DNA of 59,453 bases from Octopus bimaculoides (taxonomy: Eukaryota): NCBI RefSeq assembly GCF_001194135.2, contig NC_068992.1, positions 3,186,602 to 3,246,054 of the forward strand, written 5' to 3'. The notes under the pieces are model-generated. The model saw nothing but the letters and a program-made list of their open reading frames with translations. It did not search any database and was not told the origin of the DNA. The first letter of the stretch is position 1. Each line of letters starts with the position of its first letter. The position numbers were made by a program, and so were the translations under genes. Below are positions 53,949 to 59,453 of the stretch, piece after piece.

Positions 53949-54866
53949 AAAGGCGGCGGGCTAGCGGAATTGTTAGCACGCTGGGTAAAATGCTAAGCGG
54001 TATTTCGTCAGTCTGGATGTTCTGAGTTCAAATTCCGTCGAGGTCCAGTTTGCCTTGCCTGCTTTCGAGGTCGATAAATTAAGTACCAGTTGCGTACTGG
54101 GCTCGATCTAATCGACTTGCCACCTCCCAAAAATTTCGGGCCTTGTTCCTAGAGTAGAAAAGAATATTCATACAATATTTAAAGGCGGCGAGCTGGCAGA
54201 ATCGTTAGCACGCCGGGCGAAATGCTTAGCGATATTTTGTCTGCCGTTACGTTCTGAGTTCAAATTCTGCCGAGGTCGACTTTGCCTTTCATCTTTTTCG
54301 GGGTCGATAGATTAAGTACCAGTTGCGTACTGAGGTCGATCTAATCGACTTAATCCCTTTGTCTGTCCTTGTTTGTCTCCTCTATGTTTAGTCCCTTGTG
54401 GGCAATAAAGAAATAAGAATCGTTAGCACGCCGGGCGAAATGCTTAGCGATATTTCGTCTGCCGTTACGTTNNNNNNNNNNTTTTGTCTGCCGTTACGTT
54501 CTGAGTTCAAATTCTGCCGAGGTCGACTTTGCCTTTCATCTTTTTCGGGGTCGATAGATTAAGTACCAGTTGCGTACTGGGGTCGATCTAATCGACTTGC
54601 CACCTCCCAAAAATTTCAGGCCTTGTGCCTAGAGTAGAAAAGAATGTTTATACAATATTTAAAGGCGGCGAGCTAGCAGAAATTTAGGAGAAGAGGGCCA
54701 GTCGATTAGATCAACCGCAGTACGCAACTGGTACTTAATTTATTGACCCCGAAAGGATGAAAGGCGAAGTCGACTTCGGCGTAACTTGAACTCAGAACGT
54801 AAAGACAGACGAAATACCGCTAAGCGTTTTGACCAGCGTGCTAACGTTTCTGCCAGCTCGCTGCCT
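53949..54866. mobile_element. Family-1 SINE array: tandem plus-strand copies (53949-54680, spanning an N gap) followed by a minus-strand copy (54685-54866)
   Basis: Repeated aaaggcggcgagctggcagaa heads separated by the same spacer gaatattcatacaatattt, with two different tails (A and B). Confidence 0.92.
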
Positions 54867-55262
54867 AACACACGTACACTATTAAGGAGAAATACTCCGT
54901 CGATATCGGCGGTGCGCAATCTGTTGTTCGACCAACTGAATTAACCTTATATTAGCAAATGCTTGAGCATTCCACCTACCCGTATACCTTTAATGTAATC
55001 CTCGGGTAAAATCAGTGTAGCACAATGTGATACAACGCTGGATCTTTGAATTAGAGATTCAATCCGTCTCTGGGGCTTCTACGCAGTTCCAGTGAACCCA
55101 TTTTTACTTAGAATCGCCTCAGTGTGGGACCGAACCGAGAAACTCATAATATATAGAAGCTCACTTCTTACCCTTCCCCCCAGTCGCTGCTGACTGCATA
55201 TATGTGCGTGTGTGTCTGTGTGTGTGCATTTGTGTGTGTGTGTATGTATGCATGTGCACGCG

Positions 55263-55312
<50 letters not shown>

Positions 55313-56371
55313 ATGGTATGTGTATGTGCATGTTTGCATGTGTGTGTGTGTGTGTGTGATTTAACATATATTAATGTGTGCATTAGCTGAACAGTCATCT
55401 CTTTCTTAGCACACATTTACAATGGCTAATTTATCTCTCATTAAATGATCGCAATTTCCTGCATGCCATTGAAGTAATCCTATAATTAAACTCTTGTAAT
55501 TAAATATCAGATTTCTTATACAATGTAACTATATAATACGATTACATCAGAAAATGTATATTCTATGAAACTATATTTAAACATCTTTTGTACTAACTAC
55601 CTACATTGAATTTCATCCTTTTTGTTTCCTACATCTATATCGCAGGTTACCGTTATTTTAAGAATATTTTAGTCAGTATCATGACTAACAAGTTGAATTT
55701 TAGTGGAATATTTAGATCATTTATTGAATAGAAACGTTTCATTCGTAAAATTGTTATATTTCTTTCTGTGAATTTTTGTGTAAAACGGTTTTGAATAACT
55801 ACAGTTTTTTGTTATTTTTTTCAGTAATTACATACTAAAATGAGCGATACTGTTGTATCATGGCACTCAGCCAGTTACGACGACGAGGGTTCCAGTTGAC
55901 GAGGGTTCCGATCAACGGAACAGCCTGCACATATATATATATGTGTGTGCATATATATGCATGTATCTATATCTATTTATACAGATTAGTAGGTGGTATT
56001 AATGCCTTTAGATAACATTCTCACGGGCATAATTCCCGATCCACACCAACAAAGTCGAAGTTTTTGTGGAATAAATTCCATCGAAGAATTAACACCTTCA
56101 GTTGTAATACTGTTGCACCTCCAACCATTTTTATCAAAAGTTTACTGGACGGTGTCCTACTGGTTTGAGACTATAAAGCAATTTCAGCTTCTTTAAGTCA
56201 TGCTTGAATTCACAATTTAACCATTTTTTTTATAATTTCAGGTTATATTACTACTTTATATTTTTATCACTATTATTTTTCTTATTATGCTTCTAAAAAC
56301 TATTATTATACTTGCCTGAATTTTTATTAAACATTTTGTAATTATTTTTCAAACTTATATTGCAGTTTTTG

Positions 56372-56561
56372 CTTGCACACTGCGGCTATGCTGGATAACA
56401 AGAAATCGACCCCAGGACTTATTCTTTGTAAGCCTAGTACTTATTCTATTGGTCTCTTTTGCCGAACCACTAAGTTACGGGGACGTAGACACACCAACAT
56501 TGGTTGGGTTGCGATGGTGGGCGGGGACAAACACAGACACACAAACATACATAATACATAC

Positions 56562-56605
<44 letters not shown>

Positions 56606-56637
56606 TGGCTAAACTGGCAATATGACCATCCCCAAGT

Positions 56638-56679
<42 letters not shown>

Positions 56680-56840
56680 GACGGACTTCTTTCAGTCCCC
56701 GTCTACCAAATGCACTCACAACGCTTTGGTCGGCCCGAGGCTATAGCAGAAGACACTTGCCCAAAGTACCGTGCAGTGAGATTGAGCTCAAATCCATGTG
56801 GCTGGTAATCAAGTTACTTACCACACAGCCACTCCTGCGC
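56372..56840 (-). mobile_element. SINE family 2 with internal microsatellites
   Basis: actgcggctatgctgg...aagcctagtacttattc...gaggctatagcagaagacacttgcccaaagtaccgtgcagtgag. Confidence 0.9.
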
Positions 56841-57467
56841 TTATATCTAACAACTTTTTATAAATAAGCATTTTTATTGGTTTTAATCTTTTTCCTGCCA
56901 GCCTGCAGTTATTTCGTGTTCGGTTGGCATGAAAATAGTCCCTTAAATAACGCGCGAATCCCGCAGCTCTGGCGTCTACGTGTAATAGGAGATGGACGTT
57001 GACCACGCCCATTCTCATTTAGAATGAATTGGTGCTACTGGAATGACAATGTTTGGTTTGACTGAGTTCCTTTTCCGTCCCTTCTTACGATTAATATCAT
57101 CAAAGTGTACTCCTAGGGCCGTCGATCTTTTTCTTTTGATGGTTCAGAATGCCCGAAGAAATGGGTGATGCTTTTCCCTTACGTAATACATCGATTGCGA
57201 ATAAATTATCATACTATTGAAACATTCGTTGCATGCATTGTGCTGTCATTGTCTATTCATCTTCATTTATTATATCACTTTACTGCGTGACATTGTAGCT
57301 AATGCTGCTACAGGGATTCGAGTTGCGAAGTTCCTAGTATATTTAAGCAAATGTGATTATTTTAATTAATCTTGTGATTGGATGATGAAATAAGGACATC
57401 AATTTATTAGTATTCCCACGGTATACACAGCTAGCCGGTTAAATGCTGGAGACTACCGAGCTAATAA

Positions 57468-57878
57468 CCACGGGTGCCATGGGTAAATTGTCGCCATTTT
57501 ATACTTTTATTTCGCGCATGCGCATTGTTTATTTTTTATTATGTCGACTACACAGTATAGTAGGGTCAATTGGGCACCGTCTATGAGAACAACACCATGA
57601 CACAATTCACTCTGCTAGAAATTTGGAAACAACATGCTGTACTACTTGGCATTCGCGCCGGAAGCTTTGTTGGAGGTTCCGACGCGAATGCCAAGCAGTA
57701 CAGCAGTGTTTGGGTGTCTGAGGACAGAGCAATCTGGGGACATGTACCGAGAGTGATAAAAATCAAACATCCAGTCAACATCATGGTGTTTGGTGTTATC
57801 ACCAGTGATGGAGACGTTATGCCTGCATTCATCTTCCCACACGGCCTCAAAATCAACACGGAGGCCTACATCATGTAG
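57468..57878 (+). mobile_element. Internally deleted Tc1/mariner element of the maT (DD37D-like) type
   Basis: Left end cacgggtgccatgggtaaattgtcgcc; N-terminal MTQFTLLEIWKQHAVLLGIRAG joined to VPRVIKIKHPVNIMVFGVITSDGDVMPAFIFPHGLKINTEAYI, the region between the first and second catalytic Asp in maT transposases. Confidence 0.75.
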
Positions 57879-58477
57879 TAGTAGTAGTAGTTTTAAGAAA
57901 GTAAAGGGGCATGGTTTGGCTTTTATAGTTGAAGTGGACGTCTAATGTTGAAACAATGACAGGCTGGACCGACAGACAGACAGACAGACAGCCAAACGAA
58001 CCTTACTGGAATCCCGATAATGTAATTATTGCCCATCTAACGCCATGTAAATTGACTGATGGATAACAGAGTGATAACAGGGATTTATCGATTTTACCAG
58101 CAAGCCTAAACTATATAGAAAGTTAATATTTATTAGATGCTTATATAATAAACCCACACGCAACCAATTTTATATAGTAACACTTGAAGAAAATGGAATT
58201 AGCCTCATGTAAAGTGACGGTTGACGAATTAAATGATAGCATAAATAAGTTGTTGAAAACACTCGTGTGTGTGTGTGTGTGTGTGTGTGTATACACATTA
58301 TACACATATTCACAGACACATATCTAATTTTATATACATATGTGTATGTATTTGTATATAAAGATTTACGTGTGTGTGTGTGTGTGAAAGGAAAAGAATC
58401 TGAAAATACAGGATTCTTTTAAAAGTATTTATTAACTTAGCCGGTTTCACTTATTGAAAAAGATTTTCAAAAGTAAA

Positions 58478-58730
58478 ATGTGAGGCTTTGTGTATCCTCT
58501 ACGGTGTCAAAAATTAGCTTACAAAAATGTATTCAAATCAAATGATAGAGTCTGACGATGATAAGAAAAGTCTTGAGGCTTTGTGTATCCTATGTGATGA
58601 GTCAAGAGATAGTTTACACAAAAACATTCAGATCAGATAATAAAGTTTGTTTTAATTTTTATAATCATAAAAAGAAAAAAAATAGTTTACATGAATATAT
58701 CTCGATCAAGTAATAGAGTCTTTGACAAGA
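58478..58730. repeat. Degenerate tandem repeat of about 95 bp, 2.5 units
   Basis: tgaggctttgtgtatcct...ttaca...atc...ataga/aagt recurs at about 58480, 58574 and partly 58682. Confidence 0.7.
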
Positions 58731-58764
58731 AGCTAAAATATGTAACAGATCATTTAAAGTTCTC

Positions 58765-59133
58765 GGAGAAGAGAAGAGAAAGTGCCAGATAATTGACTTT
58801 ACAGTCCCAAATAATGAGAAAATCAATATGAGAGCTATAGAGAAAATAACAAAGAACCAAGGCCTAGCCATTGAATTACAGAGACAATGGAAAGTTCAGG
58901 TAAAATGTACCCCCGTAGTTATAGAGGCATTGGGAACTATCCCTAAAGATCTGAATATATGGATAGAGGAAATAGGCATAAAATCCAGATTAGTACAGAT
59001 GCAAAGAACAATGTTATTAGGGACAGCTAGGATACTTAGGAGGGTTCTTGGCATCTAAGGTTATTTGCTGTAGCCTGATGTTAGAGATTTTTGTTTCTCA
59101 ACAGTCTAATTTTTTGTGTATATATGAATAATG

Positions 59134-59198
<65 letters not shown>
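58765..59198 (+). mobile_element. 5'-truncated R4/Dong retrotransposon: RLE C-terminus, 3' UTR and (TAA)n tail
   Basis: EKRKCQIIDFTVPNNEKINMRAIEKITKNQGLAIELQRQWKVQVKCTPVVIEALGTIPKDL...LLGTARILRRVLGI* (stop at 59058), then a short UTR and about 23 TAA units. Confidence 0.9.
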
Positions 59199-59199
<1 letters not shown>

Positions 59200-59453
59200 C
59201 ATAGTACTGATACCACTCTCAAGTGAACTGAATAGAACAGGGTATGGCTATAAAATTGACAACAAGAAAATAAGCCATCTATTTTATATGGATGATTTAA
59301 AGCTATATGGCAAAGATGATGAAGAGCTTCAGGGACTATTACATACTGTGAAAGGATTCAATGATGATATCGGGATGGAGTTTGGCCTTGAAAAGTGTGC
59401 CAAAGCCAATTTTAAGAAAGGGAAACTAGTAAAGTCATGTTCAATAGAATTAG
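59198..59453 (+). mobile_element. Second R4/Dong copy: RT fragment, frame open to the window end
   Basis: CIVLIPLSSELNRTGYGYKIDNKKISHLFYMDDLKLYGKDDEELQGLLHTVKGFNDDIGMEFGLEKCAK, containing the YMDD catalytic motif. No stop within the window. Confidence 0.92.

Noticed and set aside
32699-54481. N runs at about 32699-32745, 33575-33584, 40124-40133, 52526-52535 and 54472-54481
   Set aside because: Assembly gaps inside repeats, not biology. Lengths of the adjacent arrays are unreliable.
56930-57130. CpG-richer patch with a CCACGCCC box as a promoter
   Set aside because: A single short motif with no downstream exon or TSS evidence.

Overview
AT-rich, microsatellite-dense eukaryotic genomic DNA, intronic or intergenic, with five N gaps. 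The SINE families and repeat landscape look like an octopod cephalopod, probably Octopus; this is inferred from repeat recognition, not from a database search. No intact host gene or functional RNA gene is recognisable, and almost all of the supplied ORF track is simple-repeat translation. The window is mostly decayed mobile elements: about 20 tRNA-derived SINE copies (three families), four Penelope-like element (PLE) pieces, Tx1/L1-, RTE- and R4/Dong-type LINE pieces, a Helitron helicase remnant, mariner (DD34D) and maT-type Tc1/mariner pieces, and a nearly full-length but broken hAT transposase of the KIAA1586 type. The best leads are: a minimal hammerhead ribozyme behind a Penelope endonuclease and a tRNA-type Pol III head; four long decayed reading frames I cannot assign to any transposon family (candidate endogenous viral or unclassified-element relics); a 3' tail shared between a SINE and LINE remnants; and several fold-back structures. 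I do not see enough here to claim a complete new biological system. These are testable leads only.
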